Shown: positions 33,706 to 48,934 of the stretch, in pieces | Position numbering within the stretch: the first letter of the stretch is position 1 | How the letters are laid out: every line of letters starts with the position of its first letter | Source: the human T2T-CHM13v2.0 reference genome, Homo sapiens | Assembly (NCBI RefSeq): GCF_009914755.1 | Contig: NC_060928.1 | Strand: one strand, 5' to 3' | DNA length: 64,000 nucleotides | Position numbers and translations under genes: made by a program | Notes under the pieces: model-generated | Databases searched by the model: none | Told to the model about the DNA's origin: nothing | What the model saw: the letters and a program-made list of their open reading frames with translations, nothing else

Positions 33706-34194
33706 ACCAAAACTACTGATGACCATGTTTCATCCCCAAGAGATTCTGTAATAATTGATCTGGGCTGCAGAGCCCGGGCACTGGGGTTGTAAAATCTCCC
33801 CAGGTGATTCTGATGTGCAGCTGTGTTTGAGAATCTCCTTCTGGAATGAACTTGTTCATGTCTTACTTGTGTTGTTTTCTAGCCTGCCAATGTCTTTCTG
33901 TTTCCCTTCACATCTTTGGGGGGTAATTTTTACAATGCAGTCTTAAAAACCAGCTGCCTCAAAATGCACTGGGATACCTCGTAACCAGGTAGCTCCCCAT
34001 CTCCAACTCTGACCTGCCAAGTCAGAATCTTGTGCGTGGGGCCCAGGACTGTAAATATTGAAACAGGCAGTGACCTGGGAACTATTTCTGAACACCCCTA
34101 GGTTTCCCCTGTGTTTGCCCTTTCCTTTCACATTTGGACCCCTTTGTGTGCTGACCACTGGGCTGTTTCACATGGACATAACATAAAAAAGGCA

Positions 34195-34496
34195 GGCCAG
34201 GTGCATTGGCTCATGCCTGTAATCCCAGCACTTTGGGAAGCCGAGGTAGGCAAATCACTTGAGGTCAGGAGTTCAAGATCTGCCTGGCCAACATGAGTAA
34301 ACCCCATCTCTACCAAAAATATGAAATTAGCTGGGTGTGGTGATGCACACCTTTGATCCCAGCTACTCAGGAGGACGAGGTTGGAGAATCCCTTGAGCCA
34401 AGGAGGCAGAGACTGCAGTGAGCCGAGATCGCACCACTACACTCCAGCCTGGGTGAGAGTGAGACTCTTAAAAAAAAAAAAAAAAAAAAAAAAAAG
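34195..34496 (+). mobile_element. Alu
   Basis: Sense dimer with long poly(A). Confidence 0.9.
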
Positions 34497-34784
34497 ACAG
34501 AGATGATCCTTCCTTTATGGAGCTCTCAGTAAAACAAGAAAGCTCACGATGTCCTGGCATTTGTCAGAAATATATTTGGTATATGTAGCTGGGGTCACAT
34601 GCTTGACGTGCCTATTGAAAGCTTCTGGGTAGGAAGAGAACAATCATCACAGCATCACAGCCTGGCATAACTGTCTCCCAGGACAGGTCTCCCTGGGGAG
34701 ACTGAGACCACAACTCTGAAATCAGAGCTCAAATCCAGGTTCTACATTTCCCTCAGTAATGTACATGATGTAGGACAGTTTTTA

Positions 34785-35225
34785 TATTAGTTATCTATTG
34801 CTGTGCAACAATATTACTGCAAACTTTGTGGCGTGAGACAGCACACAGTTATCACTACGTGGTTTCTGTGGGTCAGGAATCCAGGCGTGACTCAGCTGGG
34901 TTCAGTGCAAGGCTGCAACCATAATGTCAGCCAGGGCTCAGTTCTCATCTGGAGGCTTGACTGGTGATTGATCTGCTTCCCATCTCATCTGGTTGTTGGT
35001 AGCATTCAGTTCCTTGCAGGCTGCTGGACTCAGGGCCCCAGGTTCCTGCTGTCCTCAGCTTCTTGCCACATGGGCCTCTCCATCTGGCCACTCATGACAT
35101 GGCAGCTCACATCTTCAAAGCCAGCAAGATAGCCTCCTAGCAAGACAACTTAACATCCGATCTAACATAATCACTACATCCCATCACCTGTGCCATATTC
35201 TCTTGGTTATAAGAAAGTCATAGTT
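34785..35225. mobile_element. MLT1-like MaLR LTR fossil
   Basis: 'tattagttatctattgctg...tttctgtgggtcaggaatccagg' resembles MLT1. Confidence 0.55.
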
Positions 35226-35228
35226 CCC

Positions 35229-36190
<962 letters not shown>

Positions 36191-36211
36191 ATTTTTAGTA
36201 CAGACGGGGTT

Positions 36212-36364
36212 TGCTGAATGCAGCCCCCAGTCACGTACTCCCTTCTTGGTCAATCGATCACCACTCTCTCATGATCACGACCCTCTCACACGGACCCCCT
36301 TAGAGTTGTGAGCCCTTAAAAGGGACAGGAATTGCTCACTTGGAGAGCTGGGTTGTTAGAGACG
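36212..36364 (+). mobile_element. LTR2 (HERV-E)-like LTR fragment
   Basis: 'gcagcccccagtcacgta...gaccctctcacacggacccccttagagttgtgagcccttaaaagggacaggaattgctcact' recalled as LTR2 U3/R. Confidence 0.7.
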
Positions 36365-36520
36365 TGTGCCACCACTCCCAGCGAATTTTTGTATTTTTAG
36401 TAGAGACGGGGTTTCCCCATGTTGGTTGGCCAGCATAGTCTCGATCTCTTGACCTCGTGATCTGCCCACCTTGGCCTCCCAAAGTGTTGGGATTACAGGT
36501 GTGAGCCACTCCACCCAGCC
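36365..36520 (-). mobile_element. Partial Alu (left arm and linker)
   Basis: Antisense Alu left monomer. Confidence 0.85.
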
Positions 36521-36649
36521 CACAGAAGGCTTTTCATACTTGCTTAGCAGCCTCCTGCATCCTACGCTAGCACCTGGCACTCACAACCTGTGGGCTGCTC
36601 TCATCCATGATCATCTCTCCCCAGGCCTGCTGTTCCTCGAGAAAGGAAG

Positions 36650-37200
36650 TTGTAATGGGCAGAATTCTAGTACAGCCCCCAAGAGAACCACTCCCTTATA
36701 TCTGCTCCCTGTATCATCTCTTCTTGAGTGTGTGCAGAGCTTGTGATTTGGCCAAGGGGAAGGAATTTTGCAAATGTGATTATGGTCACACTTGCTTTGT
36801 TAAGCACATTTGCTCAGCTGACTTTGAGTTCATCCAAAGGAGGATGATCTTAGGTGGGCCAGACCTAATCAGGTGAGTCTTTTAAAGATGAAGTTTCAGA
36901 GATTCAACCCTTAGCCTCCAAGGAGACACAAATGGCCATGCTGTGAACTGTCTTTGGAGGTGGCAGCTCTAGGAGCTGAGGGCCTTCGTTCAACAATTGC
37001 AAGAAATTGAATTCAGTCCACAAACTGAATAAGCTTGGAAGAGGACACTGAGCATCTGTTGAGACCCCAGCTGACACTCTGATTGTAGTATTGTGACCCT
37101 GAATAGAAGACCCAGTTAAACCCTGCCCAGACCCTTGGTTCATGGAAACAGATAATAACTGGATGGTGTATTAAGCTGCTCAGTTTGCACTGGTAAATCC
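36650..37200. mobile_element. MLT1-like MaLR LTR fossil
   Basis: 'tgtaatgggcagaattcta...gatcttaggtgggccagacctaatcaggtgag...cagctgacactctgattg' is MLT1-like. Confidence 0.55.
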
Positions 37201-37231
37201 ACCAACAGGAAAGTAATATAGAAGTTAAATG

Positions 37232-37528
37232 GGCCAGGCATGGTGGCTCATGCTTGTAATCCCAACACTTTGGGAGGTTAAGGTGGGTGGATCACAAGGT
37301 CAGGAGATCGAGACCATCCTGGCCAACATGGTAAAACCCCGTCTCTACTAAAAATACAAAAATTAGCCAAGCGTGGTGGCACGCACCTGTAGTCCCAGCT
37401 ACTCAGGAGGCTGAGGCAGGGGAATCACTTGAACCCAGGAGGTGAGGTTGCAGTGACCCGGGACCATGCCACTGCACTCCAACCTGGGTAACAGAGAGAG
37501 ACACCATCTCAAAAAAAAAAAAAAAAAA
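37232..37528 (+). mobile_element. Alu
   Basis: Sense dimer; TSD 'agaagttaaatg'. Confidence 0.92.
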
Positions 37529-37898
37529 GAAGTTAAATGAATACTTTTGACAATTGATGAAAGTTGCTTTCATTCCCTCTTACTTAATCATCTTTATCTT
37601 AGCCCTGGAAGAGGGATGCTTTAACCCCATTTGTAACAAGTGAATCTGAGACCCAGGAAAGTGATAGAATTTAGCAAAGTCCACCTTACTACCTGGCGGC
37701 CCCAGCTAGAACACAGCCCCAGGTCCATATACCTAAAGTCATTACAGCGTCCACTAAAATTTTGCCCCTCTCTCGATGCCTTCCTCTTTAGAAGCCTGTT
37801 CCTTCAGGGATAGATCCCAACCCAGTGTTACAAGGCACTGAACTCTGATTTTCACAAAATATAGTAACTGCCCCCCAAAATTAATAATAGTATTTTTG

Positions 37899-38222
<324 letters not shown>

Positions 38223-38475
38223 TCAACCACTGGGCTATCCCAACACCAATAGTTATTATGATTATGATTATTTTTTCCATTTTACTGATGAGGAAACCAA
38301 CACATAGAAAGGTAAAGGAACTTGCCAAAGGTGACGGTCACACAGCCAAAGAACTGTAGAAGCAGCACAGGAATCCCAGCAAACTCACAGCCAAGCTCTG
38401 CTTTTCACCTTCACATCATACAGTCCTCAGACTAAAACCCTAACTCTGACCTTCCAAATCAAAAATCATACTCAA

Positions 38476-38784
38476 GGCCGCACGCGGCGGCTCATGCCTG
38501 TCATCTCAGCACTTTGGGAGGCTGAGGCAGGTGGATCACCTGAGGTCAGGAGTTCCAGACCAGCCAGGCCAACATGGTGAAACCCCATCTCTACTAAAAA
38601 TACAAAACTTAGCCAGGCGTGGTGGTGGGTGTCTGTAATCCCAGCATTTTGGGAGACTGATGCATGAAAATCACTTGAACCCAGGAGGCAGAAGTTGCAG
38701 TGATCCATGATCATGCCACTGCACTCCAGCCTGGGCAAGAGAGTGAGACTCTGTCTCAAAAAAAAAAAAAAAAAAAAAAAAAAA
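38476..38784 (+). mobile_element. Alu
   Basis: Sense dimer with poly(A). Confidence 0.9.
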
Positions 38785-39204
38785 TTGTGCTTAATAATAG
38801 CTTGGAAGTGCACATATCTTCTGTGAAGGTTGATGGACTACAGTTAGCTTCAAAACACAAATAAGTAACTGTGTTTAAATGAGGCTTTCTGTGTAATATC
38901 TAGGGAAAATCAATGTGGCTATTCATATTTTGTTTCCCCTTCCAGGCACAGAGAAGTTGCCCATGACTCTGTGATCCGTTTTGTCCAATGAACCATGAGC
39001 AGCAGCAACTTGAGTCACCTCTAGGTGGAAGTGTTAAGAGGCTCTATGATCCACCACATTCCCTTTCCCCTGAAGTGGTGATCAAGGACACATGCAGAGA
39101 TGGGGCTTTTGTCAGCCTGGATCCCTGAGTGAACACAATGAACAGACCACCACACAATGCCCTAACACAGCCCAGACATGCAACATGACCAAGAATAAGC
39201 CTCA

Positions 39205-39500
<296 letters not shown>

Positions 39501-39977
39501 TCACTGCATGGAGCCACTGAGATTTGGGGATTGTTGTTACTGCACCAGAACCCAAATCATCCTGACCACTAGGGTGTCCTAACTAGGGTTTCTTACCAAA
39601 AGCAAAGGCATTTTTAAAGTTCCTGACATTTAAACAAAAGAGCAAATACCAATATCTACCACTTTGTCAGGCTAACACACCCAAACAAAGCCAACAGCCA
39701 GAAGTTAAAATAAACAGATCATTAGGTTGAAAATAGAACTGTCAAAACAGGCACAATTGACTTCATTTAGTGATTGCAAAGAGCATCAGGCAAGACACAG
39801 GTATGGTCATCATAACATTTATCACATGCTTAATTACACGTTTGACTAAGAAAAACATTGACTAAGAAAAACACAAAGTATTTAATCTCATCTGTAGTTC
39901 AAAGTGCCTATCCGTGTATTTATCTATTCATCCTGATTTATTTATTGAGCAACTCTTTTGTGCCAGGCACTGTGCTG

Positions 39978-41060
39978 TGTTGCGGGAAGTCAGGGACCCC
40001 AAACGGAGGGACCGGCTGAAGCCATAACAGAAGAACGTGAATTATGAAGATTTTATGGACATTTATTAGTTCCCCAAATTAATACTTTTGTAATTTCTTA
40101 TGCCTGCCTTTACTGCAATCTCTAAACATAAATTGTAAAGATTTCATGGACACTTATCACTTCCCCAATCAATACCCTTGTGATATCCTATGCCTTTCAT
40201 TACTTTAATCTCTTAATCCTGTCAGCCGAGAAGGATGTATATCGTCTCAGGACCTGTAATAATTGCGTTAAGTACACAAATTGTACAGCATGTGTGTTTG
40301 AGCAATATGAAATGTGGGCACCCTGAAAAAAGAACAGGATAAAAAAAAGAACAGGATAACAGCAATTGTTCAGGGAATAAGAGAGAGAACCTTAAACTCT
40401 GACTGCTGGTGAGCCGGGCAGAACAGAACCATATTTCTCTTCTTTCAAAAGCAAATGGGAGAAATATCGCTGAATTCCTTTTCTCAGCATGGAACGTCCC
40501 TGAGAAAGAGAATGCACACCTAGGGGTAGGTCTCTGAACTGGCCCCCCAGGGCGTACCTGTCTCTTATGGTCGAGATTGCAGAGGTGAAATAAACTCCAG
40601 TCTCCCATAGCACTCCCAGGCCTATTAGGAAGAGAAAATTCCCACCTAATAAATTTTGTTCAGACAAGTTGATCTCAAAACCCTGTCTCCTGATAAGATG
40701 TTATCAATGACAATGGTGCCAAAACTTCATTAGCAATTTTAATTTCACTTCAGTCCTGTGGTCCTGTGATCTTGCCCTGTCTCCACTTGCCTTGTGATAT
40801 TCTATTACCCTGTTAACTACTTGATGTCTGTCACCCACACCTATTCGTATACTCCCTCCCCTTTTGAAACTCCCTAATAAAAACTTGCTGGTTTTTGTGG
40901 CTTGTGGGGCATCACGGATCCTACCAATGTGTGATGTCTCCCCCGGACATCCAGCTTTAAAATTTCTCTCTTTTGTACTCTGTCCTTTTATTTCTCAAGC
41001 CAGTCAATGCTTAGGAAAATAGAAAAGACCTACCTGATTATCAGGGCAGGTCCCCTGATA
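39978..41060 (+). mobile_element. MER11 solo LTR (HERV-K11/HML-8)
   Basis: Starts TGTTGCGGGAAGTCAGGGACCCC, ends GGGCAGGTCCCCTGATA; TSD gtgctg/gtgttg; inserted in an L2-like 3' end. Confidence 0.9.
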
Positions 41061-41172
41061 GTGTTGGGTGATGGTAATGCAATGATGAAGATGGCAGGCA
41101 TGCCTCTGCCCTCTAGGAGTTTCTAGGATACAGAGGGGGACAAACAAAAAATAAGTAAATCCATGAAAGAAG

Positions 41173-42258
41173 TATAGGTGGAACCTGCACCCAATATTTC
41201 AATGTAGGTTCTTTCTATTTTCCATAAGTGTCAGCCAGCTGAGAAATAGAGACACTACAAAGAGAAGAATTTTACAGCTGGGTTGCTGGGGGTGACATTA
41301 CACATTACACATTAGTAGGACTGTGATGCCCTCTGAGTCTCAGATGAGCAAGTTTTTATTAAGGGCTTCAAAAGGGGAGGGGGTGTAAGAACAGGGAGTA
41401 GGTACAAAGGTCACATGCTTCAAAGGGTAAAAAGCAGAACTACTACTAAGGGTCTAACAAAGATCACATGCTTCTGAGGGAACAGGACAAAGGGCAAAAG
41501 CAGAACTACTGATAAGTGTCCAGCAAAGATCACAAAGCAAAGGGCAAAAGCAGAACCACTGATAAGGGTCTATGTTCATTCACGCATGTATTGTCTTGAT
41601 AAACATCTTAAACAACAGAAAACAGGGTTCAAGAGCAGAGAAGCAGTCTGACCACAGATATATCAGGGCGGAGTTTTTCTCCACCCTAGTAAGCCTTTGG
41701 GTACTGCAGGAGACCAGGGCGTATCTCAGTCCTTATCTCAACCGCATAAGACAGACATTCCCAGAGCGGCCATTTATAGACCTTCCCCCAGCAATGCATT
41801 CCTTTCCCAGGGTATTACTATTAATATTCCTTGCTAGGAAAAGAATTTAGTGATATCTCTCCTACTTGCATATCCATTTATAGACTCTCTGCAAGAAGAA
41901 ACATATGGCTCTTTTTGCCCAACCCTGCAGGCAGTCAGACCTTATGGTTGTCTTCCTTTGTTCCCTAAAAATTGCTGTTATTCTCTTCCTTTTCAAGGTA
42001 CACTGATTTCATTTTGTTGAAACACACATGTTTTACAATCAATTTGTACAGTTAACACAATTATCACAGTGGTCCTGAGGTGATGTACATCCTTAGCTTA
42101 TGAATATAACAGAATTAAGAGATTAAAGACAGGCATAACAAATTATAAAAGTATTATTTGGGAACTGATAAATGTCCATGAAATCTTCACTATTTATGTT
42201 CCTCTGCCATGGCTCCAGACAGTCCCTCTCCATTTGGGGTCCCTGACTTCCCACAACA
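41173..42258 (-). mobile_element. Second MER11 solo LTR, inverted
   Basis: Minus strand starts TGTTGTGGGAAGTCAGGGACCCC; TSD 'agaag'; internal repeats of 'aaaagcagaac(t/c)act'. Confidence 0.9.
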
Positions 42259-42259
42259 A

Positions 42260-43123
42260 GAAGCAATAAGAGGTTAAGGTGGAGAAGAGCAGGGAAGTCC
42301 ACTTTATAAAGGGGTCAGGAAAGAGCTGTCTGTGGAAGCACCATTTTAGCTGAGACCTAAAGGATGGTCTAATCTGGGGAGGTGCAGAGGAAAATCATTC
42401 CAGGCTGAAACAGCAAGTGCAAAGGCCCTGTTGTGGAAAAAGGTTTGAAAGTCCAAGAAAACAAAAGGAGGCCATAGTGGCTGAAATAGAGTAGGCCAAG
42501 AACAGGAGATAGGAGAGGGCTGGAGAGGTGGCAGGAACAGGCAGAAGACTCGGGGTCTCCATTTTATTCTATGTACCATGGGCAGGAAAGGCAGGGATGA
42601 GACTCAATGGACATCTTAAGATCACTGAAGCTGCCAGGTAGGAAATGGATTGCTGAGCATGGAGAGCAGGTGCAGAGTACCAGTTAAGACCAGTTAGGAG
42701 GCTGCTGCTGTAGCCCAGCTGAGATAGTGGTGTCCTACGCAAAGATAATGACAGTGAAGCTGGAGAGAGTGGACAAGTTGGATAAAGTTTAGAATCACAG
42801 GACTTGCTGACTGGAGAAGAGGGCAAAAGCAGAGTTAGCACAACACATGAGTTATGACCACTTTGAGCAGCTCAGCAGGGTGTGATGCCATTTACAGGAC
42901 AGAGATGGCACGGACAGAGCCCATGGAGAAGGAGGAGGAAAAAAAGAGTTTAGCATTGGGTTTTTTTTTAAGACAGGGTCTCTGGCTGTGTCACCCAGGC
43001 TGGAGTGCATTGGTGCAATCATAGCTCTTTGCAGCCTCAAACTCCTGGGCTCAAGTGATCCTCCTGCCTCAGCCTGCCATGTAGCAGGACTACAGATCCT
43101 ACAGATGCACATTACCATGCCTA

Positions 43124-43170
<47 letters not shown>

Positions 43171-43450
43171 TAGATAGGGAGTCTCACTGTGTTTTCCAGG
43201 CTGGCTTCAAACTCCTGGCCTCAAGTAATCCTCCCACCTCAGCCTCCCATAGCACTGGGATTACAGCCATCACCTACCACTCCAAGCCATGAGTTTGGCT
43301 TTGGATGTAACAAGGTTGAGGTGTTCATGAGTTGACAAGTGGAAAAAACAAGAAAGAAGTTGAGTGTTTAAGACTGCTGTTTGAAGGAGAAGTCTAGCCT
43401 CAAGACAAAAGTTCAGGACTCATCAGCTGAGAAATGGCACTGGAAATTAT
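42260..43450. mobile_element. L2-like remnants with an antisense AluJ-like element (42960-43285)
   Basis: 'cagcaagtgcaaaggccctg...gtggctgaa' and 'gaccagttaggaggctg' are L2-like; Alu has an expanded mid poly(T). Confidence 0.6.
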
Positions 43451-44303
43451 GTAAATGGATGAGCTCAGCTAGCAAACAAGTCCAGAGAGAGCAGAAAGTC
43501 CAGAGAGAGCAGCACTGGGTTATGCACCTGGCCTAATGCCACCCCGCTCCTCTCAATCCCTGTGTTATGCTGGAAAGGGATCAGCCTCTGGTGAGTTTCA
43601 CCAAACCCCCACATCTCTTTCTTCTGAGACCTTCTCTAAAATCCCCTCTTTTGTATTTAGTGAAATGGGATTCTCTTTTTCCCATCCACCTTCAGCAAAA
43701 ACTTTTGACTATGAGAAGAATGAGGATGCATTTAGTATCTGTTCTGCATGGCTAATTCCATCAAAGATTTCTCATTATTCATGCCTGGCAGTCTCATTTT
43801 CTTCTTTTGCCTCTAAGAGCACAGTTGTAGCCTTAATTACTGACATTTTCACTCTTCTAATACCAGCGATTTCCACCATCTCAGTTCTCAGGAAGTTCTG
43901 TTTGCAGAATTATCTCCTGAATCCTCACCTGGAGATAGAAATTCTTCTCTGTGGCCATTTCTTCCCCCTCTAATTCTTATCAAAAAACTCAGTGATCTCT
44001 GTGCATCAAATATTAAACTCGAGCTTAACAGATCATGCTTCTGGCTTGTCTCTCTCTGGCCTGTGGATTAGCAGGTTTGCAACATTTGCAGAGAAGACAC
44101 CAAATTCTCAGGAGGCCAGAGTTTCCAAAGGTACTGGTCACTCTTGCTCTCTTTCTCCTGCTCAAAATTCAGCACTAGAGAGTGTTACACCATTGCACCT
44201 GCAGAGGAGTTCATCTGACTCTAGGGACTACAGAGGAGAGAGATGGACAAACTAACAGGCATTCAGAAAATGACTACCACAATGGGGAAGAAAATGAAAG
44301 TCA

Positions 44304-44780
<477 letters not shown>

Positions 44781-44944
44781 AACCTAGAGATGTCCATGTA
44801 GGCTGAAGAGAATATTCCAGAGCAGAGGTTGGGACACTATGGCCCATGGGCCAAATCTGACCTGCTTGCACATGTGTTTGTCAATAAAGTTTTATTGAAA
44901 CACAGCCATGCACATTTGCTACATATTGTCTATTGCTGCCGGAT

Positions 44945-45286
44945 TTGGCTGTTCTCTCATGCTATAAAGAAATACCTGAGGCTGGGTAATATATAAAGAA
45001 AAGAGGTTTAATTGGATCACAGTTTTGTAGGCTATACAGGGAGCGTGACACTGACATTTGCTGAGCTTCTGTGGAGGCCTCAGGAAACTTACTATGATGG
45101 CAGAAGGTGAAGCAGGAGCAAGAGAGTAAGGTGGGAGGTGCTACACACTCGTAAACAACCCGATCTTGCAAGAACTCACTCACTATTGAAAGGACAGGAC
45201 CAAAAGGATGATGCTAAATCATTCATGAGAAATCCACCCCCATGATCCAATCTCTTCCCACCAGGCCCCACCTGTAACACTGGGGA
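44945..45286 (-). mobile_element. MST (MaLR) LTR, truncated at the HERV-T junction
   Basis: 'gctataaagaaatacctgaggctgggtaat..aaagaaaagaggtttaattgg...cccaccaggccccacct' is MST-like. Confidence 0.75.
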
Positions 45287-45736
45287 CAGCTTTTATCTTG
45301 GCTTTTTCACTGGCAGCCCCTTCCTCAAGGACTTAACTTGTGCCAGCTGACTCTTAGCACATCTAAGAATGCAATTAAGTGATAAGATACTGTGGGGCAA
45401 GCAATATCTGCAGTTCCCAGGAATTAGTCCGATTGATAATGCCTAAAGCCCCACGTCTATCACTTTGTAATAGTCTTAAGGCCCTTAGACCTAGAACTGT
45501 TTACTTTCCTGTAACAATTTATCCTTTTAACTTTTTTGCCTACTTTACTTCTGTAAAATTCTTTTAACTAGACCCGTTTCCCCTTTCTAAACTGAAGTAT
45601 AAAAGAAAATCTAGCCCCTTCTTCGGGGCCAAGTGAACTTTAAGGCTTAGCCATTTCTTGGCCGCCAGCTAAATAAGCAGACTCTTAATTCATGTGAAAG
45701 TGTGGCATTTTCTCTAACTCATTCAAGTACAACATT

Positions 45737-45754
45737 TGGAGGCCCGAGCGAGAG
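45737..45754 (+). promoter_or_regulatory. Retroviral primer-binding site complementary to tRNA-Thr
   Basis: TGGAGGCCCGAGCGAGA directly after the 5' LTR. Confidence 0.8.
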
Positions 45755-47579
45755 ACGCCACGAGGCGAGAGCCGGGCTCGCTCCGGGCTCCCCGGGAAGG
45801 ACGGCCGGCTCGTGGGGGGGCGCCACCTAAAAAAAAATTTTCAGGTCCTCGAAAGGTGACCGTCTTCCAGAGGAGAGCGGATCGACTACCGTGTGGGTGC
45901 CCACAAAAATTCCACCTCTGAGTCCTCGACTTCTGACCCCGAGGTCAGGTAGGTCAGATTTGACTTCAGTTCTAGTAAGAGGGAAGCGGCCCTGATGAGG
46001 GTGTCCCTCTTTTGACTCTGTCTGTTTCTCTAGGACGCTAGAATGTAGAGCCCTGGTTTTCTGTTAGGCACCTCTGTGTCTCTTTCTAGGAGGGAAGTGG
46101 CCCTGACAGGGGCCCTCCCTTGACTCAGTCCACATCCCAGGATGCTGGAGGACTGAGTCCTGGTTTCTGGCAGACCGATCACTCTCTCTCTCTCTTTTTG
46201 TATCTCTCATCTTTCTCTTGTTCAAGTTTCTTGAAGAATCTCCAAGAAAGAAAAAAAAAAAAACCTGTTATATACTCTCTGTGAATAATGAATGAATGAG
46301 GGAGGACAAGGGCTTGCGCTTGTCCTCCAGTTTGTAGCTCCACGGCGAAAGCTACGGAGTTCAAATAGACCCTCACCTGCGGTTCCTTGGCGACCTCATA
46401 AGGCTTAAGGCAGCATCAGGCATAGCTTGATCTGAGCCGCAAGTTTATACCGGCCTGCCAATGTTAAGAGGAGCCCAAGTCCCCTCATGGGGAGCGGCCA
46501 GGCAGGCATCTGACTGATCCCATCACAGGAAACCCTCCCCTTCTCTATCTTAAAAAAAAAAAAAAAAAGGAAGAAACAAACTGTCATAACTGTTTACATG
46601 CCCTAAAGTCAATTGTTTGTTTAATGTTGATTGTTCTGTTCAGTGTCTATTGTCGTTAGTAGTTGTGAAAGTTTTGCATGTCAAGACGTTGATATTGCCC
46701 AAGACGTCTAAGTAAAAACTTCTTCAAAGTCCTTAGTGCTGATTTTTTGTCACAGGAGGTTAAATTTCTCATCAATCTTTTAGGCTGACCACCACAGTCC
46801 TGTCTTTTCTGCCAGAAGCAAGTCAAGTGCTGTTACAAGAAGAAGTGTGAAAAACATTTGCCTGATTAAGATTTCTAGCACCATGAAAGTTGTAAGTATT
46901 TAGATCGTCATACTCCTCGTCCAAGCGATTAGACGTCCTCTAAACTAAACCAGTAGTGAGTTCAAAACAGCCACCCTGCAGATTTCCTTGCTCACCTCTC
47001 TTGTCATTCTGTAACTTTTCCTGTGCCCTTAAGTAGAACACTGTGTAAAGAAACGTACGCCCGTACTGCTTTACTTCGTTTAGATTCTTACTCTGTTCCT
47101 CTGTGGCTACTCTCCCATCTTAAAAATGATCCGAGTAGTCCTTTTCCATCTTGTCCCTGCCCCCTATCCCGCACATCTCTTTTTGTGGTGCGACAGCAAG
47201 TTTACCGTCTCCAGGACTTGGCTCTGCTCTCACTCCTTAAACCCTTAAAAGAAAAAGCTAAGTTTAAGCTATTTGCGTTTAAGTCACAAAGACACCAAAA
47301 GTATTTAAAGTGCAGATCTAGAAGAAGAAGAAGAACGCCTAGATCAAACTGACCCAGAAGATCTCAGGCTGGCTCTAGTCCTCCTCCCTCAATCTTAAAG
47401 CTACAGCAATGTAGCAGGTAGTATTAGCTGTTGTAAGTTTTTCTGCTCTTTCTAGTCATATTGATTCTGTTCTTTCACTACTCCAGTCCCCCAAGAAATA
47501 AGTTTCTCTGTCCATGCTAAGTTCAATATCTATGCTCAAATCTTATTAAATTGCCTTCAAAACAAACAAACAAAAAAAA

Positions 47580-48925
47580 AAACACTTCCTCCCAGCCTTG
47601 TAAAATTAAAGCCCTCTCCAATGTATGCTGCAGAATTTTCCTCTCAGTTTCTCAGAGGATTATAAAGTCCGCCTTAAAAAAGGCAAGCTCCAGACACTCT
47701 GCAAAATAAAATGGCCAAAGTTTAAAGTCAAGTGGCCCCCTGAAGGGTCATTGAACCTCACAATTGTTCAAGCTGTGTGGCAGGTTGTTACTGAAACTCC
47801 TAGCCACCCTGATCAGTTTCCCTACATTGATCAATAGCTAAGTTTAGCAGGATCCCCCCTCCATGGCTCCGCTCATGTGCCATTCATAATTCTACCTCCA
47901 AGGTCCTCCTAAGCCAGACCGCGTTTTCACCTCGACCCTCAGCCGGTTCAGCTCCCCCTGTACTGCCTCCCTCTGAAGAAGAGGAGAGTCTCCCTCACCC
48001 AGTCTCACCGCCTTACAACCAACCTTCTCCCTTGAAGTTATCCCATGTCTCCTCGACGACGTCCTCTGTAGGCTCGCCACCCATTGCCTCTCAATCATGA
48101 CTGTGGCAGTAAGAAGTAGCCCCTCTACTACCACTGAGAGAGGCACAAGTCCCTCCAGGTGATGAGGGCTCAGCACCCTTCTTAGTTTGTGTTCCTTTTT
48201 CTACTTCTGACTTATATAATTCGAAAACCCATAATCCTCCCTTCTCTGAAAAGCCCCAGGCTTTGACCTCTCTGACAGAGTCTGTACTCCGGACTCACTC
48301 ACCCACCTAAGATGATTGCCAACAGCTCCTTTTAACCCTTTTCACCTCTGAAAAGAAAGAACGTATCCAAAAGAAGCCAAAAAGTACTTCCTCACATCAG
48401 CCAACGGACCGGAAGAAGGAGCTAGAGACCTCCTTGAGGTGGTCTTTGCCTCTACCTGGCCTAACCGGGACCCAAATTCCTCAAGTAGAAAGGGAGCTTT
48501 AGACGATTTTCACCGGTATCTCCTCGCAAGTATTAAAAGAGCCGCTCAGAAACCCATAAACTTGTCTAAGACGACCGAAGTTGTCCAAAGGCCCGATAAG
48601 TCACCAAGAACGTTTTTAGAGCGCCTCCAGGAGGCTTATCGGACTTACACCCCTTTTGACCCGGCAGCTCCCGAAAATAGCCGTGCTCTTCATTTAGCAT
48701 TTGTGGCTCAGGCAGCCCCGGATATTAAAAAGAAACTCCAAAAACTAAAAAGATTTGCTAGAATAAATATCAGTCAGCTTTTAGAAATAGCCCAAAAAGT
48801 TTTTGACAATCAAAAGTTTAAAAAACAAAAACAAGCAACACAGGCAGCTGAAAAGGCCGCTGATAAAGCATTCAAAAGACAAACAAAAATCTTAGTGGTG
48901 GCTATCCAAGAAGTACAGAATGAAA
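47580..48925 (+). pseudogene. gag: HERV-T gag remnant
   Basis: MA (KLQTLC...WPPEGSLN), SPPY late-domain-like motif, CA major homology region; stops and frameshifts. Confidence 0.85.
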
Positions 48926-48934
48926 TAGCCCGTT

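Noticed and set aside
41420-41575. Spaced direct repeats resembling a CRISPR array
   Set aside because: The spacers are themselves similar to each other; this is internal tandem structure of the MER11 LTR in primate DNA, with no cas genes
39978-42258. The two MER11 LTRs as ends of one provirus
   Set aside because: Opposite orientation, separate TSDs and no internal viral sequence
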